Shown here in pieces: positions 1-9,203 of a stretch of 20,000 nucleotides of DNA. Location: sequence record SRR20825006_505, one strand, 5' to 3'. The notes under the pieces were generated by a model, which was given only the letters and a program-made list of their open reading frames with translations, did not search any database and was not told the DNA's origin. Each line of letters begins with the position of its first letter. Position 1 is the stretch's first letter. A program made the position numbers and the translations under genes.

Positions 1-48
1 GATGTGCGCAAACAAAAACACGAAAAGAGCGAGCGAAAATTCAAGCAT
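1..48 (-). CDS. 5' end of a membrane protein, probably NnrU family (partial, runs off the left edge)
   Basis: My own translation from ATG at 48: MLEFSLALFVFLFAHI. This is a hydrophobic N-terminus ending in F-x-x-x-H, as in NnrU-family proteins. Only 16 codons are visible and it is not in the ORF track. Confidence 0.45.
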   Translation of the reverse strand, partial: MLEFSLALFVFLFAHI

Positions 49-187
49 AATCCCAGCGTCCACTTTGAAAATCTACTCTTTGTAGAACACAGGGATCGCA
101 ACATATGCAATGGCAAACGCCACCTGATGGGTGTGACACCAGCGCACAGCTTATGCGGTTACTACGCAATTTCGGGTTGATTTAGAT

Positions 188-216
188 TTGAGTTTTCTCA
201 GCGATCGCCTTATGAT
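188..216 (+). promoter_or_regulatory. Putative sigma70 promoter of rirA
   Basis: TTGAGT (188-193), 17-nt spacer, TATGAT (211-216), about 30 nt upstream of the ATG at 246. An AGGA SD lies just before the start. Confidence 0.6.
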
Positions 217-230
217 GAGGTTAAATCTCA
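216..230. promoter_or_regulatory. IRO-type operator (RirA box), probable autoregulation
   Basis: TGAG-GTTAAAT-CTCA fits the TGA-N9-TCA IRO consensus and overlaps the -10/+1 region of the predicted rirA promoter. Confidence 0.55.
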
Positions 231-245
231 AGTTAGGACAAAGCC

Positions 246-713
246 ATGCGTTTAACTAAACAGTCCAATTATGCTGTGCGCATTCTGATGTATTGCGCCA
301 GCAATGAGAAATTGAGCAAGATTTCTGACATTGCTGAGTTTTATGACATCTCAGAAACCTTTCTTTTCAAGATCTTACAGATTTTGAATGCATCTGGCTT
401 TGTGGAAACGGTGCGTGGTCGCCATGGGGGCATCAAGCTCAAACGCCCTGCTGATGAGATTGGCTTGGGCGAAGTGATCCGCGCAACGGAAGATAATTTC
501 GACATGGCAGAATGTTTTGATCTCGAATCGAACACCTGCCCGCTGATCGGCACTTGCGGCTTCAACCATGCGCTTTATCGCGCCCTAAATGCGTTTTTCG
601 ATGTGCTGGATGAATATAATATCGCCGACCTTACTGACAATCGTCGCAATATTCGTGTGCTGTTGGAATTGGACAGCGCCGTGCGCAGCGCGCCAAAACG
701 CGTTGAAGCATAA
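246..713 (+). CDS. rirA: Iron-responsive Rrf2-family transcriptional regulator RirA
   Basis: N-terminus MRLTKQSNYAVRILMYC (Asn8 as in RirA), FLFKILQ and VETVRGRHGG wing, three-Cys Fe-S ligand region AECF..TCPL..TCG, and ALNAFF. All are characteristic of rhizobial RirA. Confidence 0.88.
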   Translation: MRLTKQSNYAVRILMYCASNEKLSKISDIAEFYDISETFLFKILQILNASGFVETVRGRHGGIKLKRPADEIGLGEVIRATEDNFDMAECFDLESNTCPLIGTCGFNHALYRALNAFFDVLDEYNIADLTDNRRNIRVLLELDSAVRSAPKRVEA

Positions 714-777
714 TCGTTTGTAATTAGGGGCGAACTAATAGATACTGCAACCTATTGATCGGTTGCGGATTTATTTA

Positions 778-1131
778 ATGTCATTCACTCAGAAGTATGA
801 AAACGCCCTGCGCGAAATTCAAGATTGCGGCCTGATGTCGATTGTGCAGCTGCGTTGGCTGGACAATTCATTCCATCGGTTTGGCTTGCCGATCCGCCCA
901 TTACATTATCGCCCCATTTTGCAATTGTTTGTGCAGCAGACTTTGCTGTTTGGCATTTTGGTTAGCATGGCAAACTGCATCTGGCTCAAGAACATTTTTG
1001 GCTTCTCATTACCCCTGCCCTTTTTGCCCCTGATGTTCGTGACTTACGGCCTGTTGTTTGCGACATTTTTCTGCGCACAGGCAGAGAATGAGCGCGACGC
1101 CTGCACCTTGTCTCGGTGGGAAGATTTGTAG
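778..1131 (+). CDS. DUF6404-like small membrane protein (paralog 1, divergent)
   Basis: ATG at 778 gives MSFTQKYENALRE, then GLPIRPLHY, two hydrophobic segments and C-terminal LSRWEDL. Collinear with the next ORF. Confidence 0.6.
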   Translation: MSFTQKYENALREIQDCGLMSIVQLRWLDNSFHRFGLPIRPLHYRPILQLFVQQTLLFGILVSMANCIWLKNIFGFSLPLPFLPLMFVTYGLLFATFFCAQAENERDACTLSRWEDL

Positions 1132-1138
1132 CAGTTCG

Positions 1139-1486
1139 ATGAGCTTTGATGAGAAATATCAAAAGGCGACTGAAGAGCTCCGTGCCTCAAAGATCTGGGG
1201 TGCTAATCACGACCAACCACTCAATAAGATTTATCGGATGATGGGCTTAAAGGTCCGCCCGCCGCACTACGCCACTTTTGGCCAAGTGTTTCTGGCCCAT
1301 GGTGTTTTTTTCCTGATTATGTGGGTTGTGCTGTGGCTCTTTAACCCGTTCAGTTGGCCGGGCATGACGCTGCCTTTGATGATCGGCACCGGCCTGCTGG
1401 GTGGATTGATCTATTCAGCGATTATGGCGGCTTACTATCACTGGGATCGCAAGCGCCATAACCTTACCCTTTGGGATGAGCTTTAG
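1139..1486 (+). CDS. DUF6404-like small membrane protein (paralog 2)
   Basis: ATG at 1139 gives [24 protein letters not shown], then GLKVRPPHY, two TM segments and C-terminal [17 protein letters not shown]. This pattern is typical of DUF6404 as I recall it. Confidence 0.72.
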   Translation: MSFDEKYQKATEELRASKIWGANHDQPLNKIYRMMGLKVRPPHYATFGQVFLAHGVFFLIMWVVLWLFNPFSWPGMTLPLMIGTGLLGGLIYSAIMAAYYHWDRKRHNLTLWDEL

Positions 1487-2517
1487 TCCTGATCCATCGG
1501 CCAAGTGTCGCTGAGGCGGTAGCCTTCTGGCCAGGGGTCGGATGGGTCCAGCATGTGCTGGTGCGTGCCCGTGATCCAGGCGCGGCCATTGATGCGGGGC
1601 AGGATGGCGTTGCGGTCGCCGCATTTGACTTGTTCGGCAATATCGCAGTTGAACTTTGAGCCTGTGATCGAGGTGGCAATATATTTATCGCCAGCTTCCA
1701 TCTCTCCTTTGGCCAGCATCAGCGCCATGCGCGCGGAGCAGCCTGTACCCGTTGGGGAGCGGTCAATTTTGCCCGGACGGATGGCCACGGCATTGGCACC
1801 GGAAAGGGTGTTTCGTTTGCGGGTGGTTTTACCCATAAATTGGCAGAAGGAAATATGATCCCAATCCGGGTTTTCTGGGTGGGTGAAGCCAAGCTGTGCA
1901 TTGGCAGCAGCGGTGATTTTGGTGCCGAGGTCTGCCAGTTTTTTGGCATTTTCTGGTTCAATCTCAACGCCTAGTGCGTCCGCATCCACCATCACAAAGC
2001 TGTCGCCACCATAGGCGGTGTCGACGATGATTTCGCCCAATCCCTCGACTTGAAGCGGCACCTGCAGTTGGTCGACGAAGCTTTTCACATTGGTGACAGT
2101 GATGCTTTCGGCTTTGCCATTTTTGCATTGCGCCACCACTTTAATCAGGCCGCCCGGTGCTTCCAACGTTAGATTCGTTTCAGGCTCTGTCATGGGCAAG
2201 ATGCCGCTGTCGAGCAGCACGGTGGACACGCAGATTGAGTTGGAGCCGGACATGGGGGGCGTGTCAGCGGGTTCCATGATGATGAAGCCCATTTGCGCCT
2301 CAGGATGCTTTGGCGGCACCAGCAGGTTCACATGGCGGAACACGCCGCCGCGCGGCTCGTTCAGCACGAAATTGCGCAATGTTTCATCCTGCTCGATAAA
2401 TTTGCGCTGTTCCCAAAGGGTTTCGCCCGGCGGTGGCGCAACGCCACCGACAATCACATCGCCCACTTCCCCTTCTGCATGGCAGGACACCACATGAATG
2501 GTTTTGCTCGACCGCAT
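1483..2517 (-). CDS. Proline racemase superfamily protein, probable trans-3-hydroxy-L-proline dehydratase (Ser/Thr catalytic pair)
   Basis: HAEGEVG and EPRG motifs. Active-site motifs MSGSN and DRSPTGTG replace MCGH and DRSPCGTG. Located in a hydroxyproline cluster. Confidence 0.8.
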   Translation of the reverse strand: MRSSKTIHVVSCHAEGEVGDVIVGGVAPPPGETLWEQRKFIEQDETLRNFVLNEPRGGVFRHVNLLVPPKHPEAQMGFIIMEPADTPPMSGSNSICVSTVLLDSGILPMTEPETNLTLEAPGGLIKVVAQCKNGKAESITVTNVKSFVDQLQVPLQVEGLGEIIVDTAYGGDSFVMVDADALGVEIEPENAKKLADLGTKITAAANAQLGFTHPENPDWDHISFCQFMGKTTRKRNTLSGANAVAIRPGKIDRSPTGTGCSARMALMLAKGEMEAGDKYIATSITGSKFNCDIAEQVKCGDRNAILPRINGRAWITGTHQHMLDPSDPWPEGYRLSDTWPMDQD

Positions 2518-2518
2518 A

Positions 2519-3625
2519 TTAGCCTCTCAATTCAAATTCGGGTTCACCCAAAACGTCAAAATCTGGCTCTACGCCCAAGCCCGGCGCATCCGCTGGTGAC
2601 ATAAAGCCATCCACGCGCTTGGGGGCGCCTGCGGCGAAATCGACGGTGCCGTAGGAGTTAAAGTCAGTAGCGGAGAAGGAGAATGCTTCCGGTGTGGACG
2701 CGGCCAGATGGGCGATGGTGGCGGTGACGATGTCGCCGCCCCATGTGTCCTCAATGGTCATCGCCACGCCCGCGCTCACGCAAATATCTCGCATCAAACG
2801 CGCTTTGGTGAGGCCGCCAACTTTTGAGATTTTCAGATTGATCGCGTCCATCGCATCGTCGGCCAAGCCTTTGCGCAACATGGCTTCGTCAAAGATGTTT
2901 TCGTCCATAATGAAAGGCCGCGCGGTGCGGCGGCGGATAGACAAGCATTCCTCATAAGTCATGCAGGGCTGTTCGATATAAACATCCAGATGGGCCACCG
3001 CGGCAGCGACGCGCGCGGCTTCGTGACGGTTCCAGCCAGTATTGGCATCAGCCACCAGCACCTCGCCACGATCCAACACCTCACGGGTTGCGTGGATGCG
3101 GGCAATGTCATCATTGGCATCGCCGCCGACTTTGAGCTGGAACTTGGTGTAGCCTTCATTGCGGTAGCCATCGATTTTCTTGGCCATCACCTCCGGGTCT
3201 TCCTGCGAGATGGCGCGGTATAGCGCCACCTTTTCTTGCTGTTTGCCGCCCAACAGGGTGTAAACAGGCAGGTTTGTGGCTTTGCCCAAAATGTCCCAAC
3301 AGGCAATATCGATTGGGGCTTTGGCATAGAGGTGACCTCGCAAGCCCGCGTCCATGGCGTTGTTGATGATGTTCAAATCGCGTGGATCAAGGCCGATCGC
3401 GTGGGGTGCCAGCTCTTTCAAGCCTTCGCGCACGCCTTTGGCATAGCTAGGCAAATAGGCGGAGCCGAGCGGGCAACACTCGGCATAGCCAGTGATGCCT
3501 GCATCGGTTTCCACCGCCAGAACGGTTGAATCAAACACTTCAACAAAGTTGCCGTTTGACCAGTTGTAACGGCCTTCTCTTAGCGGCAAATCAATTTGAT
3601 AGACGCGCAGTGCTGTGATTTTCAT
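2519..3625 (-). CDS. Enolase-superfamily (MLE subgroup) cis-3-hydroxy-L-proline dehydratase
   Basis: FQLKVG catalytic Lys motif, metal ligands DAN, EQP and DE, NLKISK, and EDTWGGD. The N-terminus [22 protein letters not shown] closely resembles the characterised Labrenzia aggregata c3LHyp dehydratase as I recall it. It sits between two proline-racemase-family genes. Confidence 0.82.
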   Translation of the reverse strand: MKITALRVYQIDLPLREGRYNWSNGNFVEVFDSTVLAVETDAGITGYAECCPLGSAYLPSYAKGVREGLKELAPHAIGLDPRDLNIINNAMDAGLRGHLYAKAPIDIACWDILGKATNLPVYTLLGGKQQEKVALYRAISQEDPEVMAKKIDGYRNEGYTKFQLKVGGDANDDIARIHATREVLDRGEVLVADANTGWNRHEAARVAAAVAHLDVYIEQPCMTYEECLSIRRRTARPFIMDENIFDEAMLRKGLADDAMDAINLKISKVGGLTKARLMRDICVSAGVAMTIEDTWGGDIVTATIAHLAASTPEAFSFSATDFNSYGTVDFAAGAPKRVDGFMSPADAPGLGVEPDFDVLGEPEFELRG

Positions 3626-3648
3626 AATGTTCCTCCCTCACCTTCTGC

Positions 3649-4650
3649 CTATGGCAAAATGAAGCCATGTTTGAATGGGTCACGATCATCGACAAAGATC
3701 GTGTTGTATCCGGTTTTGCGGGCCCAGCCGCCAATTGATGGGATGATCGCATCGCGGTCGCCCACCTTGGTGGCCGCCTCCACCCGGCCGCGGAACAGCG
3801 AACCGATAATGCTTTCATGCACAAAATCTTCGCCAACGGCCAAATCGCCAAGCGCAACCCAATGGGCCATGCGGGCCGATGTGCCAGTGCCGCAGGGTGA
3901 ACGGTCGATGGCTTTATCGCCATAGAACACCGCATTGCGGGCAGTGGCTTCTGGATCACGGGCGGCACCTGTCCAGAGGATGTGGCTTAGGCCGTTAATC
4001 TCAGGATGCTCGGGGTGCACAAACTCGTATTTTTCATTGAGCGCGGCGCGCAATTGCGGTGACCAGCGGATCAAATCGAGGGATGACAGGCCTTCAATAT
4101 CCTTGAAATTTTCTTGTGCCTCGACGATGGCGTAAAAATTGCCGCCATAGGACACATCGACGGTGATTTCGCCCAAATCCGGTACAGTGGCGGTGAGGCC
4201 TTTGGCATAGAGGAAGCTCGGCACATTGGTGATGCGCACTTCTTCCACATAGCCGTCCTTCATTGTGTATTCGGCCTTGATGCGCCCGGCTGGCGCATCG
4301 AGATAGAGCACGCCCGGTTCTTTTGGCGTGACCAGCCCTTCTTCCAACGCCATGGTGACCGTGCCAATGGTGCCGTGGCCACACATGGGCAAGCAGCCGG
4401 ATGTCTCGATAAACAGAATGGCGATATCGCAATCGTCGCGGGTGGGCGGATAGAGGATCGCGCCGGACATCACGTCATGCCCGCGCGGTTCAAACATCAG
4501 GCTGAGGCGCACCCAATCATATTCGGCCAGAAAATGGGCGCGCTTTTCGATCATGTTCGCGCCTTTCAGGTCTGGCCCACCGCCCGCGACAAGGCGCACG
4601 GGGTTGCCGCAAGTATGTCCATCAATGCAGAAAAAGCTGTGTTTCGCCAT
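3649..4650 (-). CDS. hypRE: 4-hydroxyproline 2-epimerase
   Basis: DGHTCGNPVR, EPRGH, MCGHGTIG and DRSPCGTG (Cys/Cys pair). Confidence 0.92.
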   Translation of the reverse strand: MAKHSFFCIDGHTCGNPVRLVAGGGPDLKGANMIEKRAHFLAEYDWVRLSLMFEPRGHDVMSGAILYPPTRDDCDIAILFIETSGCLPMCGHGTIGTVTMALEEGLVTPKEPGVLYLDAPAGRIKAEYTMKDGYVEEVRITNVPSFLYAKGLTATVPDLGEITVDVSYGGNFYAIVEAQENFKDIEGLSSLDLIRWSPQLRAALNEKYEFVHPEHPEINGLSHILWTGAARDPEATARNAVFYGDKAIDRSPCGTGTSARMAHWVALGDLAVGEDFVHESIIGSLFRGRVEAATKVGDRDAIIPSIGGWARKTGYNTIFVDDRDPFKHGFILP

Positions 4651-4659
4651 GGGAAATTC

Positions 4660-5901
4660 CTAAAAACGAGATGGATTAAAGGGAGTTAAATCAAGTGACG
4701 GGGTTTGACCGTCAATCAGTTCGGCCATCAGTTTGCCCGTGGCAAAACACTGGGTGAGCCCCAGATGGCCGTGGCCGAAGGCATAGCTGATATTTGGTGT
4801 GTGGGCGCTTTTGCCGATGGCAGGCAACGTATCTGGGAAGGAAGGTCGAAAACCCATCCATTGGGTGCCCTGCTCGGTTTTTAAATCAGGCATAAAGCGC
4901 TTGGCTTTTTGCAGCATGATCTCTGAGCGTTTGAAATTTGGCGCGGCGTCCAGCCCGGCAAATTCAACTGCGCCGCCGACACGGATACCAGTGGAAAGCG
5001 GAGTCATAACAAAGCCATGCTCGCCAAAGATCAATTGACGCTTCAGGTCGAACGCGTCGACGGGCAAAGTAGTGTTATAGCCGCGCTCGCTTTCAAGCGG
5101 GATATGGTCGCCCACCTGCTTCGCCAACTGATGCGACCAGGCGCCAGCGGCCACCACCACATGATTGCCGGAGAGCGTTTCGCCATTTTGCAGCGTGACC
5201 TTGCCCGCTTTGGACATGGCTTTGACGTCTTGCTTGATCAGCTCACCGCCATCCTGCTGCACCATGCGCCATAGCGTTTGGGCAAATTCGAACGGGTCGT
5301 TGACCGTTTGCCATTTGGGAATGAAAGTGGCGCGTTTGATGTGGTTGGAGAGGCCCGGCTGCAAGTCGGCCAAGCGGGTAGCGTCCAGATGTTCGAACTC
5401 AATGCCAAATTCCTGCCGCGCTTTCCAACTGGATTGGCTGGCGGCAAATTCGCGCTCGCTTTCGTAAAGATGGAGCGCACCATCGGTGCGGATTTGATTG
5501 CCGATCTGGGGGATATGCGCCATACGATCAACTTCCCTGGCGGAAAGGTCGAGCAAGGCAGATTGGGCGACAATGGATTTGCGATATTGATCCGGCCAGG
5601 AGGCGCGGAAGAATTTGAGCAGATATGGCACAATATTGAGGGCATATTGTGGGCGTACCGACAACGGCCCTAACGGATCAAGCAGCCATTTTGGCGCTTT
5701 GCGCATAATGCCCGGCGAAGCCAGCGGGAAGATATCGGCCAAGGCAAAGGCCCCGGCATTGCCAAAGCTGGCTTCCTGCGCCACGCCCTTGCGGTCGACC
5801 AAGGTGACCTTGCGCCCGGTCTGCTGCACATAATGGGCGATGGCCAAGCCGATGATGCCGGCGCCGATAATAATCACATCATGTTTGGGTTGCGTGGCCA
5901 T
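4660..5901 (-). CDS. hypO: FAD-dependent D-amino acid oxidase/dehydrogenase, probable cis-4-hydroxy-D-proline oxidase
   Basis: GAGIIG Rossmann motif, ASFGNAG, WMGFRP and FGHGHLGLT. Start refined to ATG 5901 (MATQPKH) with a GAGG SD. Substrate assigned from context. Confidence 0.82.
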   Translation of the reverse strand: MATQPKHDVIIIGAGIIGLAIAHYVQQTGRKVTLVDRKGVAQEASFGNAGAFALADIFPLASPGIMRKAPKWLLDPLGPLSVRPQYALNIVPYLLKFFRASWPDQYRKSIVAQSALLDLSAREVDRMAHIPQIGNQIRTDGALHLYESEREFAASQSSWKARQEFGIEFEHLDATRLADLQPGLSNHIKRATFIPKWQTVNDPFEFAQTLWRMVQQDGGELIKQDVKAMSKAGKVTLQNGETLSGNHVVVAAGAWSHQLAKQVGDHIPLESERGYNTTLPVDAFDLKRQLIFGEHGFVMTPLSTGIRVGGAVEFAGLDAAPNFKRSEIMLQKAKRFMPDLKTEQGTQWMGFRPSFPDTLPAIGKSAHTPNISYAFGHGHLGLTQCFATGKLMAELIDGQTPSLDLTPFNPSRF

Positions 5902-5927
5902 ATGCGCCTCTGAAAAATTGAAGAAAT

Positions 5928-5954
5928 GCCCGGCAGCGTGCACCACCGCCGGGC
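5928..5954 (-). terminator. Intercistronic GC-rich hairpin (partial terminator or mRNA stabiliser) after the KGSA dehydrogenase gene
   Basis: Minus-strand GCCCGGCGG / CUGCCGGGC forms a 9-bp stem with one G-U pair, followed by AUUUCUUC. Confidence 0.55.
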
Positions 5955-5961
5955 GCACACC

Positions 5962-7392
5962 TTATGGGAGGGTGTAAGCTGTTTTAACGGTGGTGTAGAA
6001 TTCCGCCGCGTAAGTGCCCTGCTCGCGTGAGCCAAAGCTCGAGCCTTTGGTGCCGCCAAATGGCACGTGATAGTCAACACCTGCTGTTGGCAAGTTCACC
6101 ATCACCATGCCAGCTTCGGCATTGGCTTTGAAGTGTGACGCGTGCTTCAGCGATGTGGTGCAGATGCCGGATGACAGGCCGAACTCGGTGTCATTGGCTA
6201 CGGCAAGCGCCTCATCATAATCCTTTACGCGCACCACGCTGGCCACGGGGCCAAACACTTCTTCACGGTTTATACGCATGTCGTTGGTGGTTTCAGTCAC
6301 CAAGGCAGGCGCCATAAAGAAGCCCTCTGTGTCGCGGTTCAAGCGCTGACCGCCGATGACTTTGCCGCCATCTTTGGCTGCAATGTCCACATAATCTAGG
6401 TCTTGTTGAAGCTGCTTTTCGTCCACAACCGGGCCGATGTGAGTTTCTTTGCGCAAGGCATGACCCACATTGAGGTTGTTCAACCGCTCTTCAACTGCCA
6501 TCACAAATTTGTCGTGGATGCCTTCGGTCACGATCAAGCGTGATGAGGCGGTGCAGCGTTGGCCAGTGGAAAAGTAAGCGCCATTCACGCAAGCATCTAC
6601 AGCGATGTCGAGGTCCGCATCGTCCAACACAACCATCGGGTTTTTGCCTCCCATTTCGAGCTGCACTTTTTTCAGCATCTTGCCGCAATCAGCTGCGATT
6701 GAACGACCTGTACCGACAGAGCCTGTGAAGCTGATGGCGTTGACTTTTTTCGAACCAATCAATTCTGGTCCGACAACGGAGCCACGGCCAAACACAAGGT
6801 TGAACACGCCTTCTGGCAAGCCAGAGCGGGAGATGATGTCTGCTAAGGCATGGGCACAACCGGGCACCAGCTCAGCAGGCTTCAACACAACGGCATTGCC
6901 GAAGGCCAAAGCTGGCGCAATCTTCCACGCGGGAATCGCGATGGGGAAGTTCCACGGCGTGATGAGACCCACAACGCCAATTGGCGAACGGGTAACGTCC
7001 ACGCCGATACCTGGACGCACAGAGGCGAGAATGTCGCCTGTTTGGCGCAAGGTTTCGCCCGCGAAGAATTTGAAGATTTGGCCAGCACGTGCAGCTTCGC
7101 CAATGCCTTCAGGCAGGGTCTTACCCTCTTCACGAGACAGCAATTCACCTAGTTCAGCTTTGCGCGCCAAAATCTCACTGCCGATAAAGTCCAGCACGTC
7201 AAAACGTTGCTGCGGTGTGGATTTTGCCCATTGTGCGGCGGCGCCAGCGGCCGCGTCAATTGCGCGGGCCATATCATCAGCGCCACCCACGGCGGCATGC
7301 CCCAAAATGTCTGAGGTGTCCGATGGGTTTACATTGGGGGTGCTGTCAGATGTTTCATGCCAGGCACCGCCAATAAAGCTTTTATATTCCAT
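5962..7392 (-). CDS. hypH: Alpha-ketoglutaric semialdehyde dehydrogenase (ALDH family)
   Basis: ITPWNFP, FTGS, LEMGGKNP, GQRCTA and EEVFGPV motifs. Adjacent to the deaminase that produces KGSA. Confidence 0.85.
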   Translation of the reverse strand: MEYKSFIGGAWHETSDSTPNVNPSDTSDILGHAAVGGADDMARAIDAAAGAAAQWAKSTPQQRFDVLDFIGSEILARKAELGELLSREEGKTLPEGIGEAARAGQIFKFFAGETLRQTGDILASVRPGIGVDVTRSPIGVVGLITPWNFPIAIPAWKIAPALAFGNAVVLKPAELVPGCAHALADIISRSGLPEGVFNLVFGRGSVVGPELIGSKKVNAISFTGSVGTGRSIAADCGKMLKKVQLEMGGKNPMVVLDDADLDIAVDACVNGAYFSTGQRCTASSRLIVTEGIHDKFVMAVEERLNNLNVGHALRKETHIGPVVDEKQLQQDLDYVDIAAKDGGKVIGGQRLNRDTEGFFMAPALVTETTNDMRINREEVFGPVASVVRVKDYDEALAVANDTEFGLSSGICTTSLKHASHFKANAEAGMVMVNLPTAGVDYHVPFGGTKGSSFGSREQGTYAAEFYTTVKTAYTLP

Positions 7393-7437
7393 TAGTTACT
7401 CCAATCTACTGGATCGTGGTTTGGCGTATTTTTTGAA

Positions 7438-8397
7438 TTAGTCGTTGAGAGCCAACACGTCCGGTTGCTGGCTCCAATCTTTATACCAAGAGCGGAACAA
7501 AGCATATTGTTGTTCAACGTAATTACGCTGGGCATCCGACAATTTGTCGGATTCGTTGAAATGCAGCTCATATTCGCTGTCGCCATTGAGCACCATCAAA
7601 TGCTTGTAATAAAGCACCAAATCTGCACCCTCATCAAATGAGGACAGAACGCCCAGAGCTTCGTCCAGCTCATTGGCTTTTACCCGCGCGGCCGCGTTGC
7701 CAGTGGCCGCTTTTTGCGACAAGACGACGAGGTGCAGCACTTCTTTTGGCAAGGCATTGCCGATGCCTGTGATCGCACCGCCTGCGCCGCAATTGACAAA
7801 GCCATGCACAACGGTTGTGTCCACGCCGATCATCAACGTCACTTCGTCGGATTGGCTGGTGATATATTCTGCGGCGTAGCGCAAATCTTCTTTGCCGCCA
7901 AACTCTTTAAAGCCGACCAGATTTTTATGGTCTTTGCGCAGATCAAAGAACAAATCAGCACGGGTAGCGAATCCATAATATGGGCTGTTGTAAATCACCG
8001 CTGGCAGATCAGGCGCTGCGTTCAAGATGCCTGCAAAGTGTGCGCGTTGCGCCGGGATAGATGTACCGCGAGACAAAACGCGCGGGATCACCATAAGACC
8101 ATGGGCGCCAACTTTTTGTGCGTGGGCGGCATGTTCAGCGGCGATTTTTGAGTTTACCGCGCCTGTGCCAACAATGGTTGGCACGCCAGCTTCCACCAAA
8201 CGGGCCACGCCTGTTTGACGCTCTTCATCGGTGAGCAACGGCCAATCACCCATTGAGCCGCAATACACAACGGCAGACATGCCCGCCTCAATCAATTCTT
8301 TGCCCTTGCGCACCAACGCATCAAAGTCTGGCGTACGGTCCGCCTTACAAGGGGTCATCAAAGCTGGGATGCATCCCGTAAAAATATTTGCAGTCAT
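7438..8397 (-). CDS. hypD: DHDPS-family delta1-pyrroline-4-hydroxy-2-carboxylate deaminase
   Basis: Start refined to ATG 8397 (MTANIFTGCIPALMTP) with a GAAGGA SD. Motifs YCGSMGDW, IYNSPYY and GFKEFGG (Schiff-base Lys). Confidence 0.88.
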   Translation of the reverse strand: MTANIFTGCIPALMTPCKADRTPDFDALVRKGKELIEAGMSAVVYCGSMGDWPLLTDEERQTGVARLVEAGVPTIVGTGAVNSKIAAEHAAHAQKVGAHGLMVIPRVLSRGTSIPAQRAHFAGILNAAPDLPAVIYNSPYYGFATRADLFFDLRKDHKNLVGFKEFGGKEDLRYAAEYITSQSDEVTLMIGVDTTVVHGFVNCGAGGAITGIGNALPKEVLHLVVLSQKAATGNAAARVKANELDEALGVLSSFDEGADLVLYYKHLMVLNGDSEYELHFNESDKLSDAQRNYVEQQYALFRSWYKDWSQQPDVLALND

Positions 8398-8429
8398 TGC
8401 ACCTTTTCCTTCGCAATAGCTATCTCTTG

Positions 8430-8449
8430 GCAGGGCGATTCCGCCCTGC
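8430..8449 (-). other. Intercistronic perfect hairpin between the ABC ATPase gene and hypD
   Basis: GCAGGGCG-ATTC-CGCCCTGC is an 8-bp perfect stem with no U-tract. Confidence 0.5.
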
Positions 8450-8480
8450 ACAAATTCGTTCTGTTATTCTTATAGAAAAC

Positions 8481-9203
8481 CTATCGCACGTTGGCCAAAA
8501 ACTTCGCCGTGTGCGCGCTTTCCGGTTTGCCGAAAATCTGTTCGGGTGGGCCGATTTCTTCCATCACACCTTGATGGAAGTAGGCAACCCGATCACTCAC
8601 ATCACGGGCAAAGCCCATTTCGTGGGTGACGCAAATCATGGTCATGCCCTCTTCTGCCAGAAGCCGCATTGTGTCCAACACTTCGCCCACCAATTCAGGG
8701 TCCAGCGCGGATGTTGCTTCGTCAAACAGCATATATTCCGGCTCCATCGCTAAAGCGCGGGCGATGGCCAAACGCTGTTGCTGACCACCGGACAGGGCTG
8801 AGGGGTAGACATCGATCTTGTCGCTCAACCCCACATGCTCAAGCTGAGCGCGGGCAATCTCGCGGCTTTCCGCTTTGGATTTGCCCTTCACAATGCGCGG
8901 GGCCAAGGCGACATTTTCCAGTGCGCTCAAGTGCGGGAACGAATTCCACTGTTGGAACACCATGCCCATTTTCGTGCGCAGTTTGTTGAGGTCGGTATCT
9001 TTGGCATGCACAGACACGCCATCGACCTTAACTTCGCCCTGTTGGATTGGCTCCAACCCGTTGATACAATAAAGCAGCGTGGATTTGCCAGAGCCAGACG
9101 CGCCGATGATGGACAGCACTTCGCCTTTTTTGACATTGAGATCAATGCCCTTAAGCACATGCAGGGCGCCGAAATATTTGTGCAGTTCTTTAATTTCGAT
9201 CAT
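8481..9203 (-). CDS. hypQ: Polar amino acid ABC transporter ATP-binding protein
   Basis: Walker A GASGSGKS, signature LSGGQQQR, Walker B LFDE. ATG 9203 overlaps the permease stop (ATGA). GTG 9212 is the alternative start. Confidence 0.9.
   Translation of the reverse strand: MIEIKELHKYFGALHVLKGIDLNVKKGEVLSIIGASGSGKSTLLYCINGLEPIQQGEVKVDGVSVHAKDTDLNKLRTKMGMVFQQWNSFPHLSALENVALAPRIVKGKSKAESREIARAQLEHVGLSDKIDVYPSALSGGQQQRLAIARALAMEPEYMLFDEATSALDPELVGEVLDTMRLLAEEGMTMICVTHEMGFARDVSDRVAYFHQGVMEEIGPPEQIFGKPESAHTAKFLANVR

Noticed and set aside
178..200. Possible Irr ICE box (TTTAGA...) upstream of rirA
   Set aside because: Only a partial left half matches TTTAGAA-N3-TTCTAAA, and the right half is absent.
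246..713. Alternative call as NsrR or IscR
   Set aside because: The MRLTKQSNY start (Asn8), the FLFKILQ helix and the Cys spacing fit RirA better.
4114..4689. 191-aa plus-strand ORF and the many other 60-170 aa ORFs overlapping assigned genes
   Set aside because: They lie opposite or out of frame within conserved genes, as expected from codon bias, and have no recognisable motifs.
6605..7441. 278-aa plus-strand ORF
   Set aside because: Antisense shadow of the well-supported aldehyde dehydrogenase, with Ser/Pro/Ala-rich composition and no recognisable motif.
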